A DNA stretch of 64,000 nt from an uncultured cyanobacterium. Its GTDB lineage: Bacteria > Cyanobacteriota > Cyanobacteriia > Cyanobacteriales > Cyanobacteriaceae. The stretch's first letter is position 1; the number at the start of each line of letters is the position of its first letter. Under the pieces are notes generated by a model. The model saw only the letters and a list, made by a program, of their open reading frames with translations. It did not search any database and had not been told where the DNA came from. Shown here one piece after another: positions 41,675 to 51,711 of the stretch. A program made the position numbers and the translations under genes. The stretch is taken from NCBI GenBank assembly GCA_963710605.1, contig CAVQBA010000006.1, positions 768,001-832,000 of the forward strand, read 5' to 3'.

Positions 41675-44299
41675 ATGAAAATCCTCAAAACACAAACACT
41701 ACGTGGACCTAACTATTGGAGTATTAGAAGGCAAAAACTAATACAAATGCGTCTTGATTTGCAAGATATTGCCGAAAAACCATCTAACCTAATACCCGGT
41801 TTTTATGAAGGATTAGTTTCAACTTTACCTAGTTTAGTTGAACATTACTGCTCTCGTGACCATCGAGGAGGATTTTTTGAGAGAGTAAAAGAAGGTACTT
41901 ATATGGGGCATATTATTGAACACGTAGCTCTTGAATTACAAGAATTAGCAGGGATGCCTGTTGGGTTCGGACGTACCAGACAAACAGCTACCGATGGTGT
42001 TTATAATGTAGTTTACGAATATGTTTACGAAGAAGCAGGTAGATATGCAGGTAGAGCGGCAGTTCGCTTGTGTAATTCAATTATCAATACAGGTACTTAT
42101 CCCGCTCCAGAATTAGCTCAAGATTTAGCCGATTTGAAAGATTTACGAGCAAGTTCAGCTTTAGGTCCCTCCACAGAAACGATCGTCAAAGAAGCTGAGG
42201 CGAGAAATATACCGTGGATGATGCTAAGTACCAGAGCGATGGTACAACTAGGTTATGGAGCAAATCAACAACGAATCCAAGCCACTCTTAGTGCTAAAAC
42301 GGGTATCTTGGCAGTAGAATTAGCTTGCGATAAAGAAGGAACAAAAACAATACTTAATGAAGCAGGTGTACCAGTACCTAGAGGTACAGTCATCAATTAT
42401 GCTGATGAATTAGAAAGTGCGATCGAAGATGTTGGTAGTTTTCCCATCGTCATTAAACCTTTAGATGGTAATCATGGTCGAGGAATTACCATTGATGTTA
42501 ATAGTCTAGAAGAAGCATTAGATGCCTTTGATTTAGCCAATGCCGCCTCAAAAACTCGATCGGTAATTATCGAAAGATATTACAATGGCAATGATCATCG
42601 TTTGTTAGTAATTAACGGTAAACTAACTGCCGTTGCCGAAAGAGTACCCGCTCATGTAATTGGGGATGGAAATTCCACTGTAGAAGAATTAATCCAAAAT
42701 ACCAACTCTGATCCTAATCGTGGTGATGGTCATGATAATGTTTTAACTAAAATTAGTATCGATCGTACTTCTTTAAGCGTCCTCAAAAAACAAGGCTACG
42801 ATATGAATTCAATTATCCCTACAGGAAAAAGAGCCTATCTTAGAGCAACAGCTAACTTGAGTACAGGTGGAATTGCGATCGATCGAACTGATGATATCCA
42901 TCCCGAAAATGTTTGGATTGCTGAAAGAGTCGCTAAAATTATCGGTTTAGACATTGCTGGAATAGACGTTGTTACCTCAGATATATCTCAACCATTAGCT
43001 AAAACCGATGGTGTCATCGTTGAAGTTAATGCCGCTCCCGGATTCAGAATGCACGTCGCTCCTAGTCGTGGTTTACCCCGTAACGTTGCCGCCCCTGTGA
43101 TGGATATGTTATTTGGTGAAAATCAACCTAGTCGTATCCCAATCATTGCTTTAACAGGCACAAACGGTAAAACAACCACCACTAGATTAACTGCCCATAT
43201 TTATCGTCAAACAGGTAAAGTCGTTGGTTACACCAGTACAGATGGAATTTATTTAGGCGATTATATGGTGGAAAAAGGCGATAATACAGGGCCATTAAGT
43301 GCCAAAGTAATATTACAAGATCCGACTGTAGAAGTAGCTGTTTTAGAATGTGCTAGAGGCGGAATGTTACGCTCTGGTTTGGCTTTTGAAAGTTGTGATG
43401 TGGGTGTCGTTCTTAATGTTGCCGCCGATCATTTAGGTCAAGGAGATATTGATAGCATTGAACAAATGGCAAGAGTTAAAGCGATCGTTGCCGAATCGGT
43501 TCATCCTGATGGTTATGCGGTTCTTAATGCCGATGACCCTCTTGTTGCACAAATGGCGGAAAATGTCAAGGGTAAAATTGCTTATTTTTCCATGAGTGCT
43601 GACAATCCAATTATCACAGAACATTTACGCCGTAACGGTATGGCGGCAGTATATGAAAACGGTTATATTTCTCTATTTGAAGGAGAATGGACTTTAAGAA
43701 TCGAAAAAGTCGAAAAAATACCGATCACCATGAAAGGAATGGCACCATTTATGATTGCTAATGCCTTAGCCGCATCCTTAGCCGCTTTTGTCAATGGGAT
43801 TGATATTGAGTTAATTCGTCAAGGGGTACGTACTTTTAACCCCGGTGCTGAACAAACTCCCGGACGGATGAATTTATTTGAGATGTCTCATTATTCAGTT
43901 TTACTTGATTATGCACACAACCCCGCAGGTTATCAAGCTGTCGGCGAATTTGTCAAAAATTGGCAAGGAAAACGTATCGGTATAGTAGGCGGGCCAGGAG
44001 ACAGACGAGACGAAGATTTAATTCTTTTAGGCACAATTTCTGCCCAAATTTTTGACCATATCATCGTTAAAGAAGATGAAGATAAACGTGGTCGAGAAGA
44101 AGGTGAAGTCGCCAATTTAATCGTTAAGGGAGTCTTAGCTGAGAATGATCAAATTAGTCATGAAATTATAATTGATGAGCCACAAGCGATGGCTACAGCA
44201 TTTGAATCTGTACCTGCTGATGGTTTAGTGGTTGTTTTTCCTGAATCTGTTACTAAGGCGATCGATATAATCAAAAAACAACAGAAAGTTGATGATTAA
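41675..44299 (+). CDS. cphA: Cyanophycin synthetase
   Basis: LRGPNYWS, ATP-grasp KPLDGNHGRG, Mur-ligase GTNGKTTT. Confidence 0.98.
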   Translation: MKILKTQTLRGPNYWSIRRQKLIQMRLDLQDIAEKPSNLIPGFYEGLVSTLPSLVEHYCSRDHRGGFFERVKEGTYMGHIIEHVALELQELAGMPVGFGRTRQTATDGVYNVVYEYVYEEAGRYAGRAAVRLCNSIINTGTYPAPELAQDLADLKDLRASSALGPSTETIVKEAEARNIPWMMLSTRAMVQLGYGANQQRIQATLSAKTGILAVELACDKEGTKTILNEAGVPVPRGTVINYADELESAIEDVGSFPIVIKPLDGNHGRGITIDVNSLEEALDAFDLANAASKTRSVIIERYYNGNDHRLLVINGKLTAVAERVPAHVIGDGNSTVEELIQNTNSDPNRGDGHDNVLTKISIDRTSLSVLKKQGYDMNSIIPTGKRAYLRATANLSTGGIAIDRTDDIHPENVWIAERVAKIIGLDIAGIDVVTSDISQPLAKTDGVIVEVNAAPGFRMHVAPSRGLPRNVAAPVMDMLFGENQPSRIPIIALTGTNGKTTTTRLTAHIYRQTGKVVGYTSTDGIYLGDYMVEKGDNTGPLSAKVILQDPTVEVAVLECARGGMLRSGLAFESCDVGVVLNVAADHLGQGDIDSIEQMARVKAIVAESVHPDGYAVLNADDPLVAQMAENVKGKIAYFSMSADNPIITEHLRRNGMAAVYENGYISLFEGEWTLRIEKVEKIPITMKGMAPFMIANALAASLAAFVNGIDIELIRQGVRTFNPGAEQTPGRMNLFEMSHYSVLLDYAHNPAGYQAVGEFVKNWQGKRIGIVGGPGDRRDEDLILLGTISAQIFDHIIVKEDEDKRGREEGEVANLIVKGVLAENDQISHEIIIDEPQAMATAFESVPADGLVVVFPESVTKAIDIIKKQQKVDD

Positions 44300-44718
44300 T
44301 AATTAATAATTAATTGTTCTTGATCTTATTGAGACTGAGTTTTGTTTGACGAGTATTAAAAAATAATAATAATAGATGGTTCTAATCAAGTATAAATTAG
44401 TAAATATAGGGCAAAAATCGCCCTGATTACTAACTATTAAAAACTAACATAACCAATAATTGTTAGAGTAAAAAGGGCAAGGGACAAAGGTAATTTTAAA
44501 AATAGCTTGAACTACCATTAAAATCCAATACGCCAATCAATGGAGTATCCCCCCCATCCCCCCTTTGAAAGGGGGGAGATTCGGAGCTTTAAACCCTTGA
44601 TTTTTTGGTAAAAAAATAGAACCATCTTTTTAATTACGGTGAGGAAAATAATATGCTAATCAAGAACAGATAATAAATTGTATTTAATTGTCAATTGTCA
44701 ATTTTCAATTTTCAATTG

Positions 44719-45112
44719 TTAACGTACATAATCAGAATTTTGATTAACAGAAGTATCAAAAGGATTAGCTAAATCTCTAGTTCTGATCGTGGGATTTGTT
44801 TCGGATAACTGTTTGTAATAATCAGTTAAGATAGTGTACATCATCAAACTATCTTCAGTAATTTGATTTTCAGGATAAGAGCCTTGAGGAAAACTTTTCC
44901 AACCAAACATTGTATTCAAGAAACCTCTAGGTTCTAGATTCACGGTAAAAGTCACCGCCTTCACGCCAAAAAACTTCATTAACTAATTCTTCGACATTAT
45001 ATTCATTAATGCTTTCAACTTCAGCAGTTTGAGCATTAGTTGGATTAGCGATCGCACAAGTTAGTGCTGTGAGCGTGGCAATCGTTAAAAAACGAGATAA
45101 TTTGGATAACAT
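44719..45112 (-). pseudogene. Secreted cyanobacterial hypothetical protein split by a frameshift near 44935
   Basis: Signal-peptide ORF 44927-45112 overlaps ORF 44719-44979 (SYPEN..IRTRDLANPF); deleting one base joins them. Confidence 0.65.
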
Positions 45113-45181
45113 AGCCTCTATTTGTTAAAATCAGGTTGCTTCAATTGTAACTGAATTTATCTTAAAACACTTATCGAAAAT

Positions 45182-45748
45182 ATGGATACTTCCGATCGTC
45201 AAAAATTACTCAATTTACTAGTTAAATATGCGTACAAAGAAGGTGATTTTACTCTCTCATCAGGACAAAAAAGTAATTTTTATCTCAACGGTAAAAAAGT
45301 TATCTTAAGAGCTGATGGTGCATTATTAGTCGGCAAACTCATTTTCTCTATCTTACCTAAACAAACCGAAGCTGTAGCGGGTTTAACTCTAGGTGCAGAT
45401 CCGCTTGTGACGGCTGTGAGTGTCGTTTCAGCTTACGAAAACAAACCAATACCTGCTTTTATTATCCGTAAAGAAGCCAAAGGGCATGGTACAAAAGCTT
45501 ATATCGAAGGACCAGATTTAGAGCAAGGTGCTGTAGTTACTGTTTTAGAAGATGTAGTCACTACAGGAAAGTCAGCAATGTTAGCGGTAGAAAGACTGAT
45601 CTGTGCTGGTTATCAGGTGAATAAAATTATCTCTTTAGTCGATCGACAAGCAGGTGGAGAAGAGTTTTATCAATCTCAAGGGATAGACTTTACTAGTATT
45701 TTTACTATCTCTGAAATTCAATCAGAATACAAAAAGAATGGACAGTAG
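45182..45748 (+). CDS. pyrE: Orotate phosphoribosyltransferase
   Basis: FTLSSG, RKEAKGHG, VLEDVVTTG. Confidence 0.95.
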   Translation: MDTSDRQKLLNLLVKYAYKEGDFTLSSGQKSNFYLNGKKVILRADGALLVGKLIFSILPKQTEAVAGLTLGADPLVTAVSVVSAYENKPIPAFIIRKEAKGHGTKAYIEGPDLEQGAVVTVLEDVVTTGKSAMLAVERLICAGYQVNKIISLVDRQAGGEEFYQSQGIDFTSIFTISEIQSEYKKNGQ

Positions 45749-45794
45749 AGCAATTGTTAGTTTTATTAAACATATATAGATACCCCTAAATCCC

Positions 45795-46166
45795 CTTACC
45801 CCACCACGTTTCTCTTATGCTTATAACTAGCCGAATAAGTAAGAAGTAAGAAGTAATAAGTAATAAGTAAGAGTTTTTATAACGCTTATAAATTCTTGAG
45901 TTTGACGGGAGGACTACCCAAATTATTATTTCCTAATTGCTTTGATTTTTAATCATGATCGATCGTTTACCGTCATTGTTTTTTGGTTAATTGAAACAGT
46001 AGTATAACTGTCATGTAATTGTAACTTAAGAGACTCAAAAACATCGCTCGTAACTAAATTAGAAAATATTTTTGGGTTGAAAGTAAGGAAAATTCAAAAA
46101 TAAAAATCTTACTTATCACATAAATTCAATAGTTATAGCTCCCTATTTAAAATGTGGTGGGGTAAG
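45795..46166. mobile_element. 372-bp MITE with 17-bp TIRs and 10-bp TSD
   Basis: TIR CTTACCCCACCAC(G/A)TTT; TSD CCTAAATCCC at 45785-45794 and 46167-46176. Confidence 0.9.
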
Positions 46167-46385
46167 CCTAAATCCCCCTTATAAAAGGGGACTTGCCAGT
46201 ATAAACTGTACCTCATAAAGATACGAAACGCTATAACTTCGTAGGGAGCGGTTGAGCTTTAAAATTATATACATACAGTAGGATTTATCTATCTGATGCG
46301 AAACCCAACAAAAAAACATGGTGATAAACGATCGTGCTTTGTCAAATAAAAATTAGATAAATATAGTTTAATAATTGAAATATAT

Positions 46386-47861
46386 ATGATTACAGGCGAA
46401 TTAAAATCGAAGGTTGATAAACTTTGGACTACATTTTGGAATAACGGCATTAGCAATCCTCTTTCTGTAATCGAGCAAATATCTTATCTATTGTTTATCA
46501 AGCGATTAGACGATCTAGAATTAGTCAAAGAAAAAAAAGTAAAACGATTAGGGGGAGAAATCAAAAACCCTACATTTGACTTTGAGCATCAAAATTGTCG
46601 TTGGTCAAATTTTAAGCATCAAAACCCTGAAGATATGTTAGTCACGGTCAGAGATGATGCTTTTCCCTTCATTAAAACGATCGGCAAACAAGGCGGTACT
46701 TATACCAAACACATGAAGGATGCTGTATTTTTAATTGCTTCTCCAACTCTTCTTACTAGCGTAGTCGATCAGATTGACGAGATTCCGATGCAAGACAGGG
46801 ATACCAAGGGAGATTTATATGAATATATGCTCTCTAAACTAACCACCGCAGGTACTAATGGGCAATTTCGTACCCCTCGCCATATTATCAAAATGATGGT
46901 GGAATTGATGAATCCTACCGCAAGAGAAGTAGTATGCGATCCCGCCTGTGGTACAGGAGGTTTCTTAGTTGGAGTAGCGGAATATTTACAACAGAAAAAA
47001 GATAGTGATGGAAATCAAGTTTTAAATACTCAAGATAATCGAGAACATTTTAATAATGATATGTTTCATGGGTTTGACTTTGATGCCACTATGCTTCGTA
47101 TTGGTAGTATGAATATGATGTTACACGGCATAGCTAACCCAAAAATTGAAGCTAGAGATTCTTTAGCCCAAGAGCATTCAGGAGTTGAAGAAGCATTTAC
47201 CCTAATACTGGCTAATCCTCCTTTTAAAGGTTCTGTGGACGTAAATACGATCGCTAAGGATTTAAGTAAAGTAATCAAAACTAAGAAAACAGAATTACTC
47301 TTTGGGGCTTTATTTATACGATTGCTGAAAAAAGGCGGTAGAGGGGCGGTAATTGTTCCCGATGGTGTTTTATTTGGTTCGTCTAAAGCCCATAAAAGCC
47401 TACGTCAAACCTTAGTAGAGGAGCATAAGTTAGACGGGATTATCTCCATGCCTTCAGGAGTGTTTAAGCCCTATGCTGGTGTCTCTACGGCGGTGTTAAT
47501 GTTTACCAAGACAGGGGCGGGAGGAACAGATTCAGTTTGGTTTTATGATATGGAAACTGATGGCTTATCTTTGGATGATAAACGGCAACCTGTAGAAGCA
47601 AATGATATTCCTGATATTATCCAGAAGTGGCATAGTCGAGATTTAGTCAAGGATACAAACCGCAAGTCTAAGGCTTTTTTCGTGCCTAAAGATGAGATAG
47701 CGGAAAATGGTTATGATTTGTCTATTAATCGTTACAAGGAGATTGAATATGAGGAGGTAGTTTACGAAGCCCCCCAAGTTATTTTAGGCAAGTTAAAGAA
47801 TCTCGAAGATGAGATTATGACTGATTTGAAGGAGTTAGAGGGGATGTTAACCAATGGGTAA
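46386..47861 (+). CDS. hsdM: Type I methyltransferase subunit M (second system)
   Basis: MITGELKSKVD, GQFRTPRH, DPACGTGGF, NPPF. Confidence 0.95.
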   Translation: MITGELKSKVDKLWTTFWNNGISNPLSVIEQISYLLFIKRLDDLELVKEKKVKRLGGEIKNPTFDFEHQNCRWSNFKHQNPEDMLVTVRDDAFPFIKTIGKQGGTYTKHMKDAVFLIASPTLLTSVVDQIDEIPMQDRDTKGDLYEYMLSKLTTAGTNGQFRTPRHIIKMMVELMNPTAREVVCDPACGTGGFLVGVAEYLQQKKDSDGNQVLNTQDNREHFNNDMFHGFDFDATMLRIGSMNMMLHGIANPKIEARDSLAQEHSGVEEAFTLILANPPFKGSVDVNTIAKDLSKVIKTKKTELLFGALFIRLLKKGGRGAVIVPDGVLFGSSKAHKSLRQTLVEEHKLDGIISMPSGVFKPYAGVSTAVLMFTKTGAGGTDSVWFYDMETDGLSLDDKRQPVEANDIPDIIQKWHSRDLVKDTNRKSKAFFVPKDEIAENGYDLSINRYKEIEYEEVVYEAPQVILGKLKNLEDEIMTDLKELEGMLTNG

Positions 47862-48218
47862 ATACGAAAAACTTTTAGATAAAATACTCAGAGGTACATC
47901 CGATCGTAATATTGATTTTCCTGATTTTTGTTTGCTACTAATTAAGTTAGGTTTTATAGCAAGTAACGAGATAGTTAGGACACTTCTACCACCCCTAACC
48001 CCTCCTTCAAAAGAGGGGGAACTTTATTCAACTGTTCAAAACAACTCGTTTACGGCTATAGTCAGAGAGTCAAAGGTAGTCATCATATTTTTTGGAAAGA
48101 GGGAGTAAGTGAGATTATCAACATACAACCAAATGGCTCGAAAGCAAAAGCCTATCAAGTTAAGCAAGTCAGAAATTTAATTGTTAAATATAGTTTAGGG
48201 GATAGCAATGTTAATTAA
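47854..48218 (+). pseudogene. hicA: HicA toxin interrupted by a 102-bp element
   Basis: Removing the insert restores ...LGFSQRVKGSHHIFWKEGVSEIINIQP..KAKAYQVKQVR. Confidence 0.9.
47957..48058. mobile_element. 102-bp TAGC...GCTA element with TA duplication, carrying a GC-rich REP
   Basis: Imperfect TIR (17/26); TA at 47955-47956 and 48059-48060. Confidence 0.85.
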
Positions 48219-48420
48219 ATATGAGTTAATTATTTATTGGAGTGAAGTAGATGATTGTTTTATTGTGGAAGTACCAGAGTTAGCAGGATGTATGGCAGAT
48301 GGTAAAACTTATCAAGAAGCTGTGAGTAATGTTGAGGTAATTATTCAAGAGTGGTTAGAGACGGCTCTTGAGTTGGGGCGAGATATTCCTCAACCTAAAG
48401 GAAAGTTGATGTATGCTTAG
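48208..48420 (+). CDS. hicB: HicB antitoxin
   Basis: YWSEVD..VEVPELAGCMADGKTYQEA..IPQPKG. Confidence 0.9.
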   Translation: MLIKYELIIYWSEVDDCFIVEVPELAGCMADGKTYQEAVSNVEVIIQEWLETALELGRDIPQPKGKLMYA

Positions 48421-48464
48421 TTTTTTAATTTACGGTAAAAGTAAAAGCTATCTTAGATAAAATT

Positions 48465-48788
48465 ATGAAACATTTACAATTAAAAGAAATTATTAGTTTA
48501 GTAAAAACATGGTTTTCACAACATTATCAACAGGATTTACATCAATTAATATTATACGGTTCTCAAGCAAGAGGTGATGCTAAAAAATATTCTGATATTG
48601 ATATTTTAATAGTGCTAAAAAAGACTTTTAATTATCGTCAAGAATTAAATAATACTAGCGATTTTATCTGTGATTTATGTTTAGAATATGACACTGTTAT
48701 CTCTCGTGCTTTTATTTCTCAAGAGTCTTTTGAAAAAGATAATACTCCTTTTTTGCTTAATGTACGACGTGAAGGGGTTACTTTATGA
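48465..48788 (+). CDS. Minimal nucleotidyltransferase (MNT)
   Basis: [17 protein letters not shown]. Confidence 0.9.
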   Translation: MKHLQLKEIISLVKTWFSQHYQQDLHQLILYGSQARGDAKKYSDIDILIVLKKTFNYRQELNNTSDFICDLCLEYDTVISRAFISQESFEKDNTPFLLNVRREGVTL

Positions 48789-49156
48789 ATAGGGAACAAA
48801 AATTGCTTTTAGCAAAAGCAAAACGTAGTTTACAAGGTGCAATTTTGTTATTAAATAATAATTTACCTGAGTTGGCAGTATCTAGGGCTTATTATGCCAT
48901 GTTCTATATTACTGAGGGTTTTATTTTGGAAAAAGGGTTGAGTTTTTCTAGTCACTCGGCGGTTATTAGTGCTTTTGGGAAAAATTTTGCGAAGGAAGAT
49001 GGAGATTTACGGAAGTTTCATCGTATTTTAATTAACGCTCAAGATTTGAGGAATCGTAGCGATTATGATTTAGATTCAGGGATTGATAATGATGATGCAC
49101 AATTTCAAATAAATATGGCTGAAGATTTTATTATTTTCTTTGAGAATTATTACTAA
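48785..49156 (+). CDS. HEPN domain protein
   Basis: [29 protein letters not shown] overlap with the MNT gene. Confidence 0.88.
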   Translation: MNREQKLLLAKAKRSLQGAILLLNNNLPELAVSRAYYAMFYITEGFILEKGLSFSSHSAVISAFGKNFAKEDGDLRKFHRILINAQDLRNRSDYDLDSGIDNDDAQFQINMAEDFIIFFENYY

Positions 49157-49269
49157 TTATTAAGTGAAAAAAAATTAATAAAGTAACTTACAACTTATGA
49201 ATAATTTATGATAAAAAACTATCGCACTTGTTAAATCTTGAACTGAAAAAATATTAAAAGGAGAAAATC

Positions 49270-49485
49270 ATGAGTAAATATTTTAATGTAGTTATTGAAA
49301 AAGACGAAGATGGTTATTTAGTTGCTTCAGTACCTTCTTTAAAAGGATGTCATACACAAGGGAAAACGATGGATGAATTATTAGAGAGGATAACAGAAGC
49401 GATTGAGCTTTGTCTGGAAGTAGAAAAGGAAGAATTTAAACCTTTAGAATTTGTTGGAGTTCAAAGAATAGCGATTAATAAATAA
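49270..49485 (+). CDS. hicB: HicB antitoxin
   Basis: VIEKDEDGY.VASVPSLKGCHTQG. Confidence 0.9.
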   Translation: MSKYFNVVIEKDEDGYLVASVPSLKGCHTQGKTMDELLERITEAIELCLEVEKEEFKPLEFVGVQRIAINK

Positions 49486-49486
49486 A

Positions 49487-49732
49487 ATGAGTAATATTCC
49501 TGCTTTGAGTGGAAAAAAGATGATTAAGGTTCTAAAAAAAGCTAATTTTTCGGTAATTAGAATTAAGGGAAGTCATCACTTTCTCGCTCATCCCGATGGT
49601 AGAAGAACTGTTGTACCTGTTCACTCTAATGAGACGATCGGCAAAGGTTTATTTGCTCAAATTTTAAGAGATTGTGATTTAACTATCGATTCGATTTTTA
49701 GCTCTATTATGAACATCATAATGAGATTTTAG
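49487..49732 (+). CDS. hicA: HicA toxin
   Basis: RIKGSHHFL.HPDGRRTVVPVH. Confidence 0.9.
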   Translation: MSNIPALSGKKMIKVLKKANFSVIRIKGSHHFLAHPDGRRTVVPVHSNETIGKGLFAQILRDCDLTIDSIFSSIMNIIMRF

Positions 49733-49791
49733 CTGTTAATTATTTATATTTTTATTTATTAATTTAATGTTTTTTAATAGGATATTGTGAA

Positions 49792-50961
49792 ATGATAAAG
49801 AACTTAATTTTAAGTGATTTATGCGAAATAAAAAGCGGTGGAACTCCTTCAAGACGAGATAATGATAATTATGGTGGTGCAATACCTTGGGCTAAAATTT
49901 CTGATATTGAAGCCTCTGATGGTACTTTATTTGAAACAGAAGAAAAAATAACCGAAAAAGGTTTAAAAGCAATTCGTAATAGAATTTTTGATAAAGGTAC
50001 TTTGCTTTTTGCTATGTACGGATCGCTTGGTAAAATGGCATTTGCACAGGTAAAAGTTTCTACTAATCAAGCTATTTTAGGAATTAATATTAAAGATTCA
50101 AGCCTAGTATGCGATCGTTATTTATACTATTGGTTACTGTCAAAAAAAGAGGAATTTAAAAATTCAGCGAATGGAGTGACTCAAAAGAATCTTTCAGCTA
50201 CTTTTGTTAGAAATCTCAAAATCCCGCTACCCCCGATCGATACTCAACGTAGAATAGCCAGTATATTAGATAAGGCGGATAAGATTAGAAGGAAACGACA
50301 AGAGGCAATCAAATTAACTGAAGAATTAGGTCGATCGCTTTTTTTTAATCTGTTTGGCGATCCTGTTACTAATCCTAAAAGATGGGAACTTAAAAAACTT
50401 AGTGAAATTTGTAATCGAGTGACAGACGGAACTCATCAATCTCCTGAGTGGTCAACAAATGGTATTCCTTTCTTATTTGTTAGTAATATTGTTAATGGAG
50501 AAATTGATTTTAACGTCAGCAAATATATAAGTGAAGAATCTTGGCAGAAACTGACTTCAAGATGTCCAATTGAAGTTGATGACCTTTTATATACAACAGT
50601 AGGAAGTTATGGCAATGCAGCATTAGTTAGAACTGATAAAAAATTTTGTTTTCAAAGGCATATAGCTCATATAAAACCTGATTATTCTAAAATACATCCT
50701 GAATTTCTCCTTGGCTTAATGCAATCGAATGGAATAAAAAGACAAGCAGATCGACAAGTTAGAGGTGTAGCTCAAAAGACCTTGAATTTAAGAGAGCTAA
50801 AATGTTTTCAAGTATTTAGTCCTCCTATTGATTTACAGAAAAAATATGTTCATGTTCGTAGAAATATAGAATTACGACTACAAAATCAACAAAAGTCTTT
50901 ACAAGAATCAGAAAATCTCTTTAACTCCCTATTACAAAGAGCCTTTAAAGGAGAATTATAG
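49792..50961 (+). CDS. hsdS: Type I specificity subunit S (second system)
   Basis: GGTPSR TRD1, [32 protein letters not shown]. Confidence 0.94.
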   Translation: MIKNLILSDLCEIKSGGTPSRRDNDNYGGAIPWAKISDIEASDGTLFETEEKITEKGLKAIRNRIFDKGTLLFAMYGSLGKMAFAQVKVSTNQAILGINIKDSSLVCDRYLYYWLLSKKEEFKNSANGVTQKNLSATFVRNLKIPLPPIDTQRRIASILDKADKIRRKRQEAIKLTEELGRSLFFNLFGDPVTNPKRWELKKLSEICNRVTDGTHQSPEWSTNGIPFLFVSNIVNGEIDFNVSKYISEESWQKLTSRCPIEVDDLLYTTVGSYGNAALVRTDKKFCFQRHIAHIKPDYSKIHPEFLLGLMQSNGIKRQADRQVRGVAQKTLNLRELKCFQVFSPPIDLQKKYVHVRRNIELRLQNQQKSLQESENLFNSLLQRAFKGEL

Positions 50962-50963
50962 AG

Positions 50964-51284
50964 ATGAGTGAAACATTTATTAAGATTTTGAAATTAATTA
51001 AAGCCAAAGAAATCAAAATATCGGCTCATGGCTACGACGAACTAGCAAACGATAACATATTTATAACAGATATTATCACCAGTATCGATAAAGCTGAAAT
51101 TGTCGAAGACTATCCCGACTATGGTAAAGGTGCCTGTGTTTTACTATTACAAAAAGATAAGCAAAATCTACCGATTCATACAGTCTGGGGTATTCCTAAA
51201 AATGCCGATTCACCAGCCGTTTTAATCACCGCATATCGTCCAACCTTAGATCGTTGGCAAAAAGATTACAAAACTCGAAAATGA
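50964..51284 (+). CDS. DUF4258 family toxin-like protein
   Basis: ISAHG, VEDYPD, PIHTVW, LITAYRP. Confidence 0.8.
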   Translation: MSETFIKILKLIKAKEIKISAHGYDELANDNIFITDIITSIDKAEIVEDYPDYGKGACVLLLQKDKQNLPIHTVWGIPKNADSPAVLITAYRPTLDRWQKDYKTRK

Positions 51285-51517
51285 CAACTATGAACAACAA
51301 CACTAAAACCCAAAGCAAAATAATCCGTGAAGGAGAATATCTCGCCGAAATTGAAATTACCTTAACCTACACTGATGAAGATTGGTCGCCTTATCTATCC
51401 CTCGCAGAAGCAGAAAAACTCGATAAATTACGCCTTGCCCTGCAAAATAATGACTTGAAAACTGCCACTCAACTAGCTCGTATTTACCACCTGACTCCTG
51501 TAACAGTGAGTGCATAA
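51281..51517 (+). CDS. Small partner protein of DUF4258 (putative antitoxin)
   Basis: ATGA overlap with the upstream gene; [24 protein letters not shown]. Confidence 0.65.
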   Translation: MTTMNNNTKTQSKIIREGEYLAEIEITLTYTDEDWSPYLSLAEAEKLDKLRLALQNNDLKTATQLARIYHLTPVTVSA

Positions 51518-51524
51518 ATCAAGC

Positions 51525-51668
51525 ATGAATAAAGAATATAACGAAACGATTACTAAAACCAAAGTCACCTATTCTTTAGAAATTAACGATCGATTTTATC
51601 TAATCGAAAATGGACAAAGTAATTATATTGTTAAACGATCGGGGTTAAGAGATTTTCGATCCCCCTAA
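51525..51668 (+). pseudogene. Truncated YgiT-like antitoxin remnant
   Basis: KVTYSLEINDRFYLIEN followed by unrelated sequence ending in a REP. Confidence 0.5.
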
Positions 51669-51711
51669 CCCCCTTAGATAAGGGGGAACTAACTTAAATA
51701 CACTGATAACC

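Noticed and set aside
34801-44299. argD near cphBA as an arginine-storage cluster
   Set aside because: Separated by four unrelated genes on mixed strands
47854-48108. 84-aa ORF treated as an intact gene
   Set aside because: It is the hicA 5' part reading into the inserted element
47854-51668. TA array as integron cassettes
   Set aside because: No integrase and no attC-like sites between the modules
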